IMG/VR virus record: IMGVR_UViG_3300031965_000018
Coordinates: 1-64,000 of that record
Source: a virus
Direction: 5' to 3' (one strand)
DNA length: 64,000 bases
A model generated the notes under the pieces. It did not search any database and was not told where the DNA came from. It saw nothing but the letters and a program-made list of their open reading frames with translations. This document shows positions 1 through 8,508 of this stretch, in pieces. Both the position numbers and the translations under genes were made by a program. The number at the start of each line of letters is the position of its first letter. Position 1 is the stretch's first letter.

Positions 1-383
1 TCGTGGACAATCAACGCCAAAGCTGTCAGTGGCCACACCAGTTGTAAGTCTAGTAACGCACCCGATTCAGAATGGTCTCCATCGACATGCGTCACATCGA
101 ATAGACGCGAGACAGAAGGCAGCTGCTCTTTAGACCGCCCGTCCAGCCACAGAATTGAACCCGTGTAACCAACTCGTAACAACTCTGACTCAACGTATCG
201 ATGATCTCCGCGATTGGTTCCTCCGTGGGGTAACCCCCAAGTGTCGCATAGCGCCAACTTGTTGATAGACCCACTCCGCAACGCCGCTAAGACAGAGTCC
301 CCGTCGCGCACTCCGACCTCAAGATAACTCTTGGCAGCTGTTTGCTCTACCACACTAGCTACAAGTGCTCGATGGGATAACAT
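1..383 (-). CDS. class I SAM-dependent methyltransferase (Methyltransf_24/O-methyltransferase-like), C-terminus cut by window edge
   Basis: Minus frame open from ATG 383..381 to position 1; absent from the ORF track because no stop lies in the window. Translation MLSHRALVASVVEQTAAKSYLEVGVRDGDSVLAALRSG...FDVTHVDGDHSESGALLDL. YLEVGVxxGxS SAM loop and DGDHS motif read by eye. Confidence 0.5.
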   Translation of the reverse strand, partial: MLSHRALVASVVEQTAAKSYLEVGVRDGDSVLAALRSGSINKLALCDTWGLPHGGTNRGDHRYVESELLRVGYTGSILWLDGRSKEQLPSVSRLFDVTHVDGDHSESGALLDLQLVWPLTALALIVH

Positions 384-388
384 AGCTC

Positions 389-1081
389 TCATGACAGCGA
401 CATCTCCCGGCGCCACTTCGGGTGCCACGGGACTCGTCCATCCCCCATATCTACAACGCTAGCCGTTCGATAGACCGCTTCTGGTAATGAGAACGCCGTC
501 ATCCCATTCCGATGCCATTGGCGCGCAATCTGCTCACGCTCGGCTCGGGACTTCACGAGAAACTTGTGATGCTCGATACAGACCGGCGCAGAATCTCCCA
601 TACCGAACGGAGACATCGCATGTAGCGTCGGACGGCCACCCGACATCTCTTTCAAACTCAGTCGAGTCTGATGGTCGGGGAATAGCTGCGACGTCATCAG
701 TGCGCTTGTCTCATCCGGCCACAAGTGCATCCGAGGGAAGTTCCAATGCGGCGATTCGAGATAAGCCTGAGACGCCAGCCAATCGACCATTGCCGGAGAT
801 GCCCGCTCATCGTCATCGAGACGTAGAACGTAACCGTCACGGCAAAACGATACGGCCTCATCAAGCACACTCTCGATGAAACCTTTCGACTCCACTTCCC
901 ATAGGTGAATCGGCTCGTATCCGGTCTCCAAAACCGGAACAGCCACTTGTGAGAATGCGTGCGGGCCATCAGCAACTACTACCAACTCCGCTCGGCACCG
1001 TTCTGCTAACTCCGCAAATGAACGCAGAAACGGGAGCGCATACGGCTGGCCCTGAGTGACGGTAAGAATCGAGAGGCTCAT
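389..1081 (-). CDS. GT-A fold (family 2-like) glycosyltransferase
   Basis: MSLSILTVTQGQPYALPFL opening and a DxD motif (VLRLDDDE), typical of GT2. ATG 1081 overlaps the upstream stop (ATGA coupling). Confidence 0.5.
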   Translation of the reverse strand: MSLSILTVTQGQPYALPFLRSFAELAERCRAELVVVADGPHAFSQVAVPVLETGYEPIHLWEVESKGFIESVLDEAVSFCRDGYVLRLDDDERASPAMVDWLASQAYLESPHWNFPRMHLWPDETSALMTSQLFPDHQTRLSLKEMSGGRPTLHAMSPFGMGDSAPVCIEHHKFLVKSRAEREQIARQWHRNGMTAFSLPEAVYRTASVVDMGDGRVPWHPKWRREMSLS

Positions 1082-1434
1082 CCCAACCACACATCCGTAA
1101 CGAATCCGAGGTCATTGCCAGGATCAACCGGCCCGCCGATCTGGAGAATGGGCCCGGTGCTTCCGTCTGAGAGCGTGAGCTTATCTTTCGTTGAGATAGC
1201 CACGGGCTCCAAGAACGTGATCTGCGCTCGACTCATCGTCAACTCCCCTTCAGGAGTGCGCACTTGCTGCTGGTGGAACGAAACAATCGCTCCACGCTTC
1301 ACGGCAGCCTTATACGTCTGCGCTCCACTCGTGGTCTGCTCTTTCCACGCGGCATGGAGCACCGTTGGCTGCAAGTCCTTTGTAACAGCCTTGGCCGTCT
1401 TGACCGCGCCACGAAGAATATCATCCAGGCCCAT
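1078..1434 (-). CDS. putative head-tail joining / head completion protein
   Basis: 118-aa ORF directly after the connector-like gene in the head module. Called from size and position only. Confidence 0.35.
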   Translation of the reverse strand: MGLDDILRGAVKTAKAVTKDLQPTVLHAAWKEQTTSGAQTYKAAVKRGAIVSFHQQQVRTPEGELTMSRAQITFLEPVAISTKDKLTLSDGSTGPILQIGGPVDPGNDLGFVTDVWLG

Positions 1435-1435
1435 G

Positions 1436-2017
1436 TTAGACCACCGAGAATCGTGCGCCTGTTACGTACTCAATAAGCTCCGACGTAAACCATGACGGAG
1501 GCAACATATTCAATACCGCATCGGGTAAAACCTTAGCCGTCACCATATCCTTGAACGTCAAGGCCACGGAACCTGCCTTGATACTCGTGATTCCCTGGAC
1601 AGAGATGTCGCTATCGAGCGTTCGATCCGTCGTTCCAAGCTGAAATGCAAGTTCGCCCGTACCTTCTTTCAAATCTTGTGGGATAACCGTCGGAGCAATT
1701 AGATTGCCATTACGATCATACATCCCAATGCGCGGCCATGAGAGCCGCTGCGTGGTCGTCGCCGGAGAGCCGGTCCACTGCGGGCGCGTCCGGTAGTGCG
1801 CGCGCTGGTCAAAAGCATTACCAGCCGGCACGTAGTATTTGTATGGCTGCGCCATCATATCCATGACGCGCGTTGCCATGATCAGCGCCACCACCGGGTC
1901 CGCTACGCTATCCCATGCCTCAGCGTGCAGGCGCGTCTCGATATACGCGGTCTGCTCAACCTCGGTCAAATAACTGTTCGCGTTTGCCGCGCCCGGAGTC
2001 GCTATCAAAGTCGCCAT
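1436..2017 (-). CDS. head-tail connector (gp6-like adaptor)
   Basis: The N-terminus ...NANSYLTEVEQTAYIETRL resembles the characteristic opening of gp6-like connector proteins. It lies immediately downstream of the capsid gene. Confidence 0.45.
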   Translation of the reverse strand: MATLIATPGAANANSYLTEVEQTAYIETRLHAEAWDSVADPVVALIMATRVMDMMAQPYKYYVPAGNAFDQRAHYRTRPQWTGSPATTTQRLSWPRIGMYDRNGNLIAPTVIPQDLKEGTGELAFQLGTTDRTLDSDISVQGITSIKAGSVALTFKDMVTAKVLPDAVLNMLPPSWFTSELIEYVTGARFSVV

Positions 2018-2062
2018 AAGGCACTAACCCTCTAGCCACGCGTAAATCACTAACCTCTGGTT

Positions 2063-2088
2063 CACGTGGCGCTCCACAACGCCACGTG
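2063..2088 (-). other. 9-bp GC-rich stem-loop just downstream of the capsid gene
   Basis: cacgtggcg-N8-cgccacgtg is a perfect inverted repeat. There is no clear U-tract, so it is more likely an mRNA-stabilising or attenuating hairpin than a strong terminator. Confidence 0.3.
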
Positions 2089-2101
2089 CCCTATAGAGTT
2101 G

Positions 2102-3169
2102 TTACGCGAGCGTTCCGATGCAGATGCCGCTGTCGCCGTTGGAGTCCGAACGGACGCGCGGGATCATGATCGCCATGACCAGGTTGTGGAACGTGAACCC
2201 GTCAACCGACGTCCACGGGATGACCGTTGGCTGCTGCCCGACGACCATGTCAACCACATCCGAAGTCATCTGGACCACGGCGACCTTCGTCGAGGGCATC
2301 AGATCCGCCGTCTTCACTGCACGGACTCCCTCGATCTGAAGGATACGATCCTTGATCGTATTCTGCCCCTTGCTCGATGAGTAGTCCGAGTCCAGCGACG
2401 CACCGACATCCGTATTCAGATAGATGTTGTACGGGCCGAACTTCTTGTTGGCGCGCAGCTTGGCGAGCATCAGCTGCACTTCCGCGAACACCGTGGACCC
2501 AACTGGAGCGGTCGTCCATGCCGCCAGCGTCAGCGCCTGTGTCTCCGCGTTCGGTGCGTTCAACAGGCCAGGTGCCGAATACCCAGCCACGACCAGATCC
2601 TGGCCGTCGAGGGTCTGTGCACCGTTGATCGCAGCGTCCTCGATCAACTCGTTGACTGAGCGCGTGCCCCACTTGATCTGCGCGGTGTCGATGGGCATCC
2701 CCAGACGCTGCGACTGCCGCAGCGTGCGGATGTCGATCTCGAAACCACTCAGCGTCAGGTAGACGGGCAAACGAGACGGGAGCATCGCCGGGATGAAGTT
2801 CTCGGTGCGAGCCGAGGGCGTCATTGACCGCTGCGCGTTCCCCGTCTTATTCGTGGCGTACCACTCCAGCTGTGTCACGCTGAGCGGATCTGCCAGGTTG
2901 TACGTCAGGCCTGCCGCGAGGATATCCGCAGCAAACGTCAGACGGTCCATCCCGACTTCGACCACCGCGTTGTCCAGCTGGATCTGCGCCCGCTCCGGCA
3001 GCGGTGCCGCCGTGCGGAGTGCCGGGTCCGCCAAAGCGGACTCCATGTTACGGAATCCGGGCGAGCGCATCGCAGCGACCGACCAATGACCCGTCTCCTG
3101 AATAGCCGTCATCACCAGATCCTTCAACGGATTCTGCTTTGAGGCTGCTGTAAATCGAGTTTCCTGCAT
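2102..3169 (-). CDS. major capsid protein (HK97-fold, DUF2184-like)
   Basis: 355-aa ORF in the canonical portal-MuF-scaffold-decoration-capsid order. Strong SD AGGAGGAAG sits 5 nt before ATG 3169. Sequence character matches the DUF2184-type capsid family by eye. Confidence 0.75.
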   Translation of the reverse strand: MQETRFTAASKQNPLKDLVMTAIQETGHWSVAAMRSPGFRNMESALADPALRTAAPLPERAQIQLDNAVVEVGMDRLTFAADILAAGLTYNLADPLSVTQLEWYATNKTGNAQRSMTPSARTENFIPAMLPSRLPVYLTLSGFEIDIRTLRQSQRLGMPIDTAQIKWGTRSVNELIEDAAINGAQTLDGQDLVVAGYSAPGLLNAPNAETQALTLAAWTTAPVGSTVFAEVQLMLAKLRANKKFGPYNIYLNTDVGASLDSDYSSSKGQNTIKDRILQIEGVRAVKTADLMPSTKVAVVQMTSDVVDMVVGQQPTVIPWTSVDGFTFHNLVMAIMIPRVRSDSNGDSGICIGTLA

Positions 3170-3202
3170 GACCACTTCCTCCTAGACGCTTAGCGTCAGA
3201 AT

Positions 3203-3643
3203 CTACACAACCTCAACGCGGATACGGGTGAGCGCCGTGACGGTGGGCTTGTTCTCCAACGCCGAGAACAGCGCCTTGCCGGAAGCCAGGATAGCCAGCG
3301 TTCCATTTCCGGCGGATTCGAGCAAATCACCCGCAGCAATGTCCTGCCCCGAGGCAATGAACATCCAGAAGTGCGCCCCAGCCTGACCGGCCGATACCTC
3401 CACGAGGTCATTGGCCGCGTAGTCATCATCGACGCCACGCCCCACCATGAGCTGCTCGGTTGCCACGAGCCGTGCCGTGTCGCCACCACCTGTCGTGTGC
3501 TTACGGAAGCGAATGACTCCGGCATTGTTGAACCGTTCCACCAAGTGGCCCGGGGTGACCGCCTCTGAGACTGCGAGATCGTTGATCTGAACTCGCTCAC
3601 CTCCCAGATAGATCGTGTTCGGATCGTTCTTTGTTACCGCCAT
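3203..3643 (-). CDS. DUF2190-like head decoration / scaffold-associated protein
   Basis: 146-aa ORF between the DUF2213-like gene and the capsid gene, the usual place for this family. SD GGAGAG precedes the ATG. Confidence 0.4.
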   Translation of the reverse strand: MAVTKNDPNTIYLGGERVQINDLAVSEAVTPGHLVERFNNAGVIRFRKHTTGGGDTARLVATEQLMVGRGVDDDYAANDLVEVSAGQAGAHFWMFIASGQDIAAGDLLESAGNGTLAILASGKALFSALENKPTVTALTRIRVEVV

Positions 3644-3678
3644 GTTTCTACTCTCCTAGCGAATGGGAAATGAATCCC

Positions 3679-5292
3679 TTAGTTAACGGCTGCGGGCTTC
3701 CGAGCCTTCAACGCCGCATCGTAGGGATTCGGCGGGGTGAACGTGTCCTTACCATCAGCGACCCGTGGCACGCCACGACCGCTGTAGTCGGCGGGCTGCT
3801 CGACGTGTGCCAGAGCGGCCACCTTCTCCAGCTGCTCCACGGGCATCGCGGTCAGTTCCGCTTCTGTGTAGACGGTCTGGGCAGTCTTCAGAGACGCGAC
3901 CAGTTCGTTGCGCTTCTTCGTCTCAGCCGCGCGCTGTCGCTCGATCAACGTGCGCAACGACTCGGGAGCCGCCTTCATGAACTCCTCTTCCAACTGCGCC
4001 TCGGTCTTCTGAACCGGCGCAGCGGCCGCTGCCTTTGGCTCATCAACTGGCTCGGGCGTTGCTGCCGGAGTCGCTACCGGCGTGGGGACTGCCGGAGTTG
4101 CTGCGGGCTTGACTTCCGTCGCCGGAACGGGCGTCAGCGCCGCCAATCGATCCGCTGGGACATTCTCCAGCCACGTGGCATCCGCGTCCGTAAACCGACC
4201 AGCCGATCCTTCGATGATCTTCTTCACTTCCTCTTTCATGTTCTCTGCTCCCTTGATGGTCGTGGTCTTACCGCAGCCGCATGCGGTGCTGGGCGCGGGA
4301 GCACCCTCCGCAGTCTTCACGGCTTGATAGCTCACGATTGGTTCAACTTCTTCTGCGTTATCCTTGAGAGTCACTGCGCCGTCTTTGTTTGTGGAATACC
4401 CACGGCGCATGGTCTGCCACTTGTCCGTCGGATTCACCGAGTAGATAACTTGGCTCTCGGCCGGAAATACTTCATCTACACCCATGAACCCTGGCTCGAT
4501 TGCTCGCAACGCGGCATCAAGGGACCGCCGGAGATCGCGATCACTGACACCTTCTGTAGCCTTGTTCTCACGGAATACACCCAGAATCCGGCTGAGGAGC
4601 CCACGCTTCTCCTCCGGGTCTAGGGTGATCCGCAGTTTTTCTGCCATTACGCGATCCTCCCTTGCGATCCCCTCCGCTGTAATTAGATGCCGAACCGCTG
4701 TCCGAGGCGCACCGCACCCCGCAGCAATCGAGCAGGCACCCTCCGTCCCGACTGGCAGAAACGCATTGTGATCGCTCACGAGATTCCGCCAGATACCGTG
4801 AAACTCTTTGCCCTGGAACTCGCCGTCCTTCTGTTCCACTTCAACAAACGTTCCAATACTGACTTCTACTGCTTCCCCGGCCCGAAGCCGACGAATCACA
4901 TCCACAGCATCCGGCCCAACGGCCTCCGCGCGGACAGGATCCAGCCACGCCTCGAACTCCAAGCGCCGGGTTTTCAGAATACGCTCGGATGTCGTTGTAT
5001 TGAAAATGACTCCGAAACTCTTCTCAAGAATGTCCGGTGTATTCGCCGTGACCTGCGAGCCTTTGACCTCCGGGTGCCCGGCAAAGCAGGCACGACCGTT
5101 CCACTGCTGCGGTGTCTCGGCTAACTCCTCTGCTGGGATGAACTCGGGCACCTCGCTATTGATCGCCCAGACGACACCCTCGACCATCGCCACGACGGGC
5201 ACGACCAAGTGCTCCGCATTGTTGAATGTCGAGGTGCGGAGCTTTGAGCCCGTTGCGCCGACGAGGTGGAGGTGGCGATACTCTTGGATCAC
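3679..5292 (-). CDS. DUF2213-like prohead protease/scaffolding protein
   Basis: The N-terminal half (NAEHLVVPVVAMVEGV...GHPE...) resembles DUF2213. The C-terminal half is Ala/Pro/Glu-rich and coiled-coil-like, as scaffolds are. It lies upstream of the capsid gene. Confidence 0.55.
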   Translation of the reverse strand: MIQEYRHLHLVGATGSKLRTSTFNNAEHLVVPVVAMVEGVVWAINSEVPEFIPAEELAETPQQWNGRACFAGHPEVKGSQVTANTPDILEKSFGVIFNTTTSERILKTRRLEFEAWLDPVRAEAVGPDAVDVIRRLRAGEAVEVSIGTFVEVEQKDGEFQGKEFHGIWRNLVSDHNAFLPVGTEGACSIAAGCGAPRTAVRHLITAEGIAREDRVMAEKLRITLDPEEKRGLLSRILGVFRENKATEGVSDRDLRRSLDAALRAIEPGFMGVDEVFPAESQVIYSVNPTDKWQTMRRGYSTNKDGAVTLKDNAEEVEPIVSYQAVKTAEGAPAPSTACGCGKTTTIKGAENMKEEVKKIIEGSAGRFTDADATWLENVPADRLAALTPVPATEVKPAATPAVPTPVATPAATPEPVDEPKAAAAAPVQKTEAQLEEEFMKAAPESLRTLIERQRAAETKKRNELVASLKTAQTVYTEAELTAMPVEQLEKVAALAHVEQPADYSGRGVPRVADGKDTFTPPNPYDAALKARKPAAVN

Positions 5293-5468
5293 TCCAGCTC
5301 CTTCACGCGACGACCAAGGCGGCCGTCTGGATACGTGAGATACTTGCGACCCTTATAGGGACCGTTCTTAATCGTGGTAACCTTGACCTGCCCAATCTGC
5401 GTCGGGTCTTCACCTGCCGCAAGCGCCGCCTCGCGACTTGGATAAACACGCCCGGTTTCCATGTTCAT
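5289..5468 (-). CDS. hypothetical small protein
   Basis: MNMETGRVYPSREAALAAGEDP... ATG 5468 overlaps the MuF stop (ATGA), and its own stop overlaps the next start. Confidence 0.4.
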   Translation of the reverse strand: MNMETGRVYPSREAALAAGEDPTQIGQVKVTTIKNGPYKGRKYLTYPDGRLGRRVKELE

Positions 5469-6034
5469 TGCAACAACCCCACAGTGCATCGGCAGTTCGG
5501 GTGCGCGGGAGGACCGCTAATGCTAAACTCTTCGTTCAGCTTCACCGTCTTCCCTTCCATCGGTGCGCAAATCGGGCAAGGATCGGCCGTGATCCAAACT
5601 TTCTTCTCTTTGCCCGTCAAGTGCCCGGCCTCTTGCGCCTGCTTCCACAGCTGGACTTGCCCTTCATTCGCGGCGGTCATCGTCTCCGTTCGTGCAATGG
5701 CCAAGGCCCGCGAGCGCCTGAGCTTCGCGGCGTATTTCGCTGCGGCCTTATCGGCTGCCGCTTCCGAACTCCCGCGCGCAATCAACTTGGCTCGGTGCTT
5801 CACGACGGCACCGGCGTGCCGCTCGGTGAGGCCAATCGTGTCGTGGATGAGTCGTGCCGTGGCCCGAGGGCCAATGCCCGTCTCGAATCCTTCGACCACG
5901 ACGGCACGAATCGTCGCCCGAGCCTCGGCAGAAATCTGCTGCACGAGACGAGCCGCGTGCTGCTGGGCCCACACCTGCGCCTCAACAGCCGAGGCATCGA
6001 AGCGCATCACAATCTGTCCCCGCCCGCAAGCCAT
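5465..6034 (-). CDS. head morphogenesis protein, SPP1 gp7 / Mu F family
   Basis: Hallmark motifs LAIARTETMTAANEGQ and HPNCRCT near the C-terminus. ATG 6034 shares one nucleotide with the upstream TAA (TAATG). Confidence 0.8.
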   Translation of the reverse strand: MACGRGQIVMRFDASAVEAQVWAQQHAARLVQQISAEARATIRAVVVEGFETGIGPRATARLIHDTIGLTERHAGAVVKHRAKLIARGSSEAAADKAAAKYAAKLRRSRALAIARTETMTAANEGQVQLWKQAQEAGHLTGKEKKVWITADPCPICAPMEGKTVKLNEEFSISGPPAHPNCRCTVGLLQ

Positions 6035-7056
6035 TAGCGCCCCTGAAGTAACGACAGCCATGAATCAGAGTTTCTGATCGTCTTCAAGCGCCCTCGAATC
6101 TGATCCAACTCTGAATTCGACACGCCTGCCCCTCGCAAGTCCTCGAATAACGTCTTGGTATCAATGTCTTTGACCATTTCCTTTGGTTTCAAGAGCCACG
6201 ACGGGCGCGCAATCTCATTAGCTGAGACTTGGTCCTCTAGCTCCGCCATATGTTCGATGAACCCCGCGCGTGCCCGTTGTGCAAATAAAGTGTCATGGTC
6301 GAGTAGCTTGAGGCGACCCGAATCTGTAACAAGCCAATTATTTGCATTACGGTCAGCGTTCCCTAGAAGAAAGTCTAGAGTGGCTGCGCGCTGCTGCCCG
6401 TCTCCAGTACCAAATCGGACCTTGGATACCAAGTCAGCTGCCCGTGTGCCCTCCGCAAGTTCAAACAAAACACCCTTCTGATCATTAATGGTTCGACTCA
6501 CCATCTTAGGAAGTAAGTCGAGGGCTCCCATTTCCTTCGCCACAATCCGTACGGATGTCTCATTCACAAGATTCGAGGCGGGTTTGAAAAACGCTTTTGA
6601 ACCGTCAGCGAACGTAACAACCGAATTTTGTCCAGTAGATGTAACGCTAGCGACTGTCTTCGTTGAGAGCGCCCGATCCTGCGTCGCGCTATTTCCTACG
6701 ACACAAAGCCCTGTCGCATCCGCTCCGGCTGCGAGGGTCGCACCAAAAGCATTAGACAACCCATCCCCGGCTGCAGCCGTGCGCAGCGGAGACTCCAACT
6801 TACGACCCACCAGCTCCACTTCGAGTCGCGCCACGACGTCATCGAGCACAAAGATCGCTGCACCCGGAACACCGAATGCAAGCGCCTGTTCCAACTCATC
6901 AAGCGGCATCGCTGCCTGCGTCTCCGCAATCGCATCGAGGATAATGCGGCGTACGCGTGGGGTCATCCGCTCCGCTGCTCGGGAAATAGGTGTCTCGTTC
7001 CGAGCGAGCCGGACTACGGCCGCAGCGACGACGCGTGGGGAGACGGTGAGCAGCAT
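6034..7056 (-). CDS. head-module protein with C-terminal PI3/PI4-kinase-like (HipA/SCO1664-type) domain
   Basis: FFKPAS...E...LDFLLGNADRNANNWLV...LKLLDHDTLF matches the K / GNxDRxxxN / DHD catalytic-loop pattern of atypical kinases. It sits between portal and MuF and is coupled at both ends. Confidence 0.5.
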   Translation of the reverse strand: MLLTVSPRVVAAAVVRLARNETPISRAAERMTPRVRRIILDAIAETQAAMPLDELEQALAFGVPGAAIFVLDDVVARLEVELVGRKLESPLRTAAAGDGLSNAFGATLAAGADATGLCVVGNSATQDRALSTKTVASVTSTGQNSVVTFADGSKAFFKPASNLVNETSVRIVAKEMGALDLLPKMVSRTINDQKGVLFELAEGTRAADLVSKVRFGTGDGQQRAATLDFLLGNADRNANNWLVTDSGRLKLLDHDTLFAQRARAGFIEHMAELEDQVSANEIARPSWLLKPKEMVKDIDTKTLFEDLRGAGVSNSELDQIRGRLKTIRNSDSWLSLLQGR

Positions 7057-8420
7057 TACTTAACGACCAAGTTCATGACGCCGCCCTTGCGGAGCGCAGC
7101 CGCAAGCTGTTCGATCTGCTCGTCTTCGTCGGGCGCGTCGATGTTATCGGCGTCTAGCTCGGGCAGCGCTTCATAGCCAACCGTCTCGCGTACCTCGTTG
7201 GGCTGGATCACCGTCTGCCCAGGGAAATACGTATTGAGCTTGGCGAGCTTCTCAGCCCGATCAACTTGCTCCGTCTCGGTCATGTCCGTCGTGGGTGGCC
7301 AGTTGACGTTATACGGTGCGGCTGGCTTCGGCAAGTAATTGAACTCAATGAGTCGGTCCACGAACGGACGAACCACATGCTGCTCGGCAAATCCCTGGCG
7401 ACGATCAGCGACTTGCGTATTCCAGTTGTCGCGATCTGTTGACGAAGCCAACTCACCGCGCTCCGAGCCCACCAGCATACGCATTGGAATACCGATAGCG
7501 CCCGCAATCTGCGAGAGGATGGCTTCCGCTGGCCCCTTGAAATCCGCCACCTCAGACCCGAGGGTGTTCACCTCGACGGCACGAGTGCGCATGACGCGGC
7601 GGATGTTATGGGCGTATTCGTCCACCTCATCGCTCAGCGCAGCTTCGTCTTCGGCCGACAAGTCCGCATCCTTATCGACGTTGACATTCAATCCCTGATT
7701 CGCTCGGAGCCAGAACGCTTCAGCCCCGCCACCCGTGACCTTTTCAAGATCGTCCAGTAGATTCCACACACGGTCTAGACGCGGCTGCCCGAACACATCG
7801 TTGTCCGTGATGTTATCCGCCACGTGAATAATGCGCGTCCAGTGCACTGGCTTGGCAAACGAGGACGACGCAACGTCAATACGCTTGAGCGTGTAGAACT
7901 TCGGCCACGCGAATCGCGGGCTCTGGTGGTCGGTCTCCCACTCGTGAACGGCCGCGTCTTCCTCGTTGAAGACGGACAGATACAGTAAGTCTTCGGGCCT
8001 ATTGCCGCGTGGTAATGGCGTGTTCATCTCGCCAGCCGCACCCAAAAGCATGACACCGTATCGGCCTTTTCCAGCCACGATATCGAGGCGCTGGAACATA
8101 TTCCAAATCTTGAGCCGCGCGTCCAAAGCCTGCCACGCGAGTTCCAGTGCCGTATCTACATCAGGACTCTCATCCTCATAGACGTAGCCACCGCCACGCC
8201 ACGTAGCCTTTGGGAAGACCTCAACAACGCGCCCGGCAACCCCGCCACGCATATACCGCTCTCGATAATCGCGTGGGACAAGATTGCGCTCATAGCCAAG
8301 AGCGTTGTACAGATCGCGCTTCCCTAAGAACGTGATACCGGCTTGGTTGAGAAACTGCAGACGTTGGAGCAAGGCGGTGGTCGCTGTGCGTAACGTGCCG
8401 GGTTTCTTCGCGTCAGTCAT
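7056..8420 (-). CDS. portal protein (DUF1073-like)
   Basis: 454-aa ORF directly downstream of the large terminase and upstream of MuF. The N-terminal region (LNQAGITFLGKRDLYNALGY...) resembles DUF1073 portals. Confidence 0.75.
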   Translation of the reverse strand: MTDAKKPGTLRTATTALLQRLQFLNQAGITFLGKRDLYNALGYERNLVPRDYRERYMRGGVAGRVVEVFPKATWRGGGYVYEDESPDVDTALELAWQALDARLKIWNMFQRLDIVAGKGRYGVMLLGAAGEMNTPLPRGNRPEDLLYLSVFNEEDAAVHEWETDHQSPRFAWPKFYTLKRIDVASSSFAKPVHWTRIIHVADNITDNDVFGQPRLDRVWNLLDDLEKVTGGGAEAFWLRANQGLNVNVDKDADLSAEDEAALSDEVDEYAHNIRRVMRTRAVEVNTLGSEVADFKGPAEAILSQIAGAIGIPMRMLVGSERGELASSTDRDNWNTQVADRRQGFAEQHVVRPFVDRLIEFNYLPKPAAPYNVNWPPTTDMTETEQVDRAEKLAKLNTYFPGQTVIQPNEVRETVGYEALPELDADNIDAPDEDEQIEQLAAALRKGGVMNLVVK

Positions 8421-8508
8421 TAGCGAGGCTCACAATGGCATCTAACAGCCATAGGAAGAAGCAGAAGAACGCTAACCACATCGCCGACATAAGGACCCAC
8501 TTGATCAT
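8413..8508 (-). CDS. possible 31-aa hydrophobic peptide between terminase and portal
   Basis: MIKWVLMSAMWLAFFCFFLWLLDAIVSLAND. ATG overlaps the TerL stop (ATGA) and the 3' end overlaps the portal start. Too short for the ORF track. Confidence 0.3.
   Translation of the reverse strand: MIKWVLMSAMWLAFFCFFLWLLDAIVSLAND

Noticed and set aside
3631-4623. 330-aa + strand ORF and other antisense ORFs across the head module (e.g. 5226-6077, 6488-7063, 48094-49068)
   Set aside because: All overlap strongly supported minus-strand genes (scaffold, MuF, kinase-like, tailspike). They have Arg/Ser/Pro-rich low-complexity translations and lack SD/start context.
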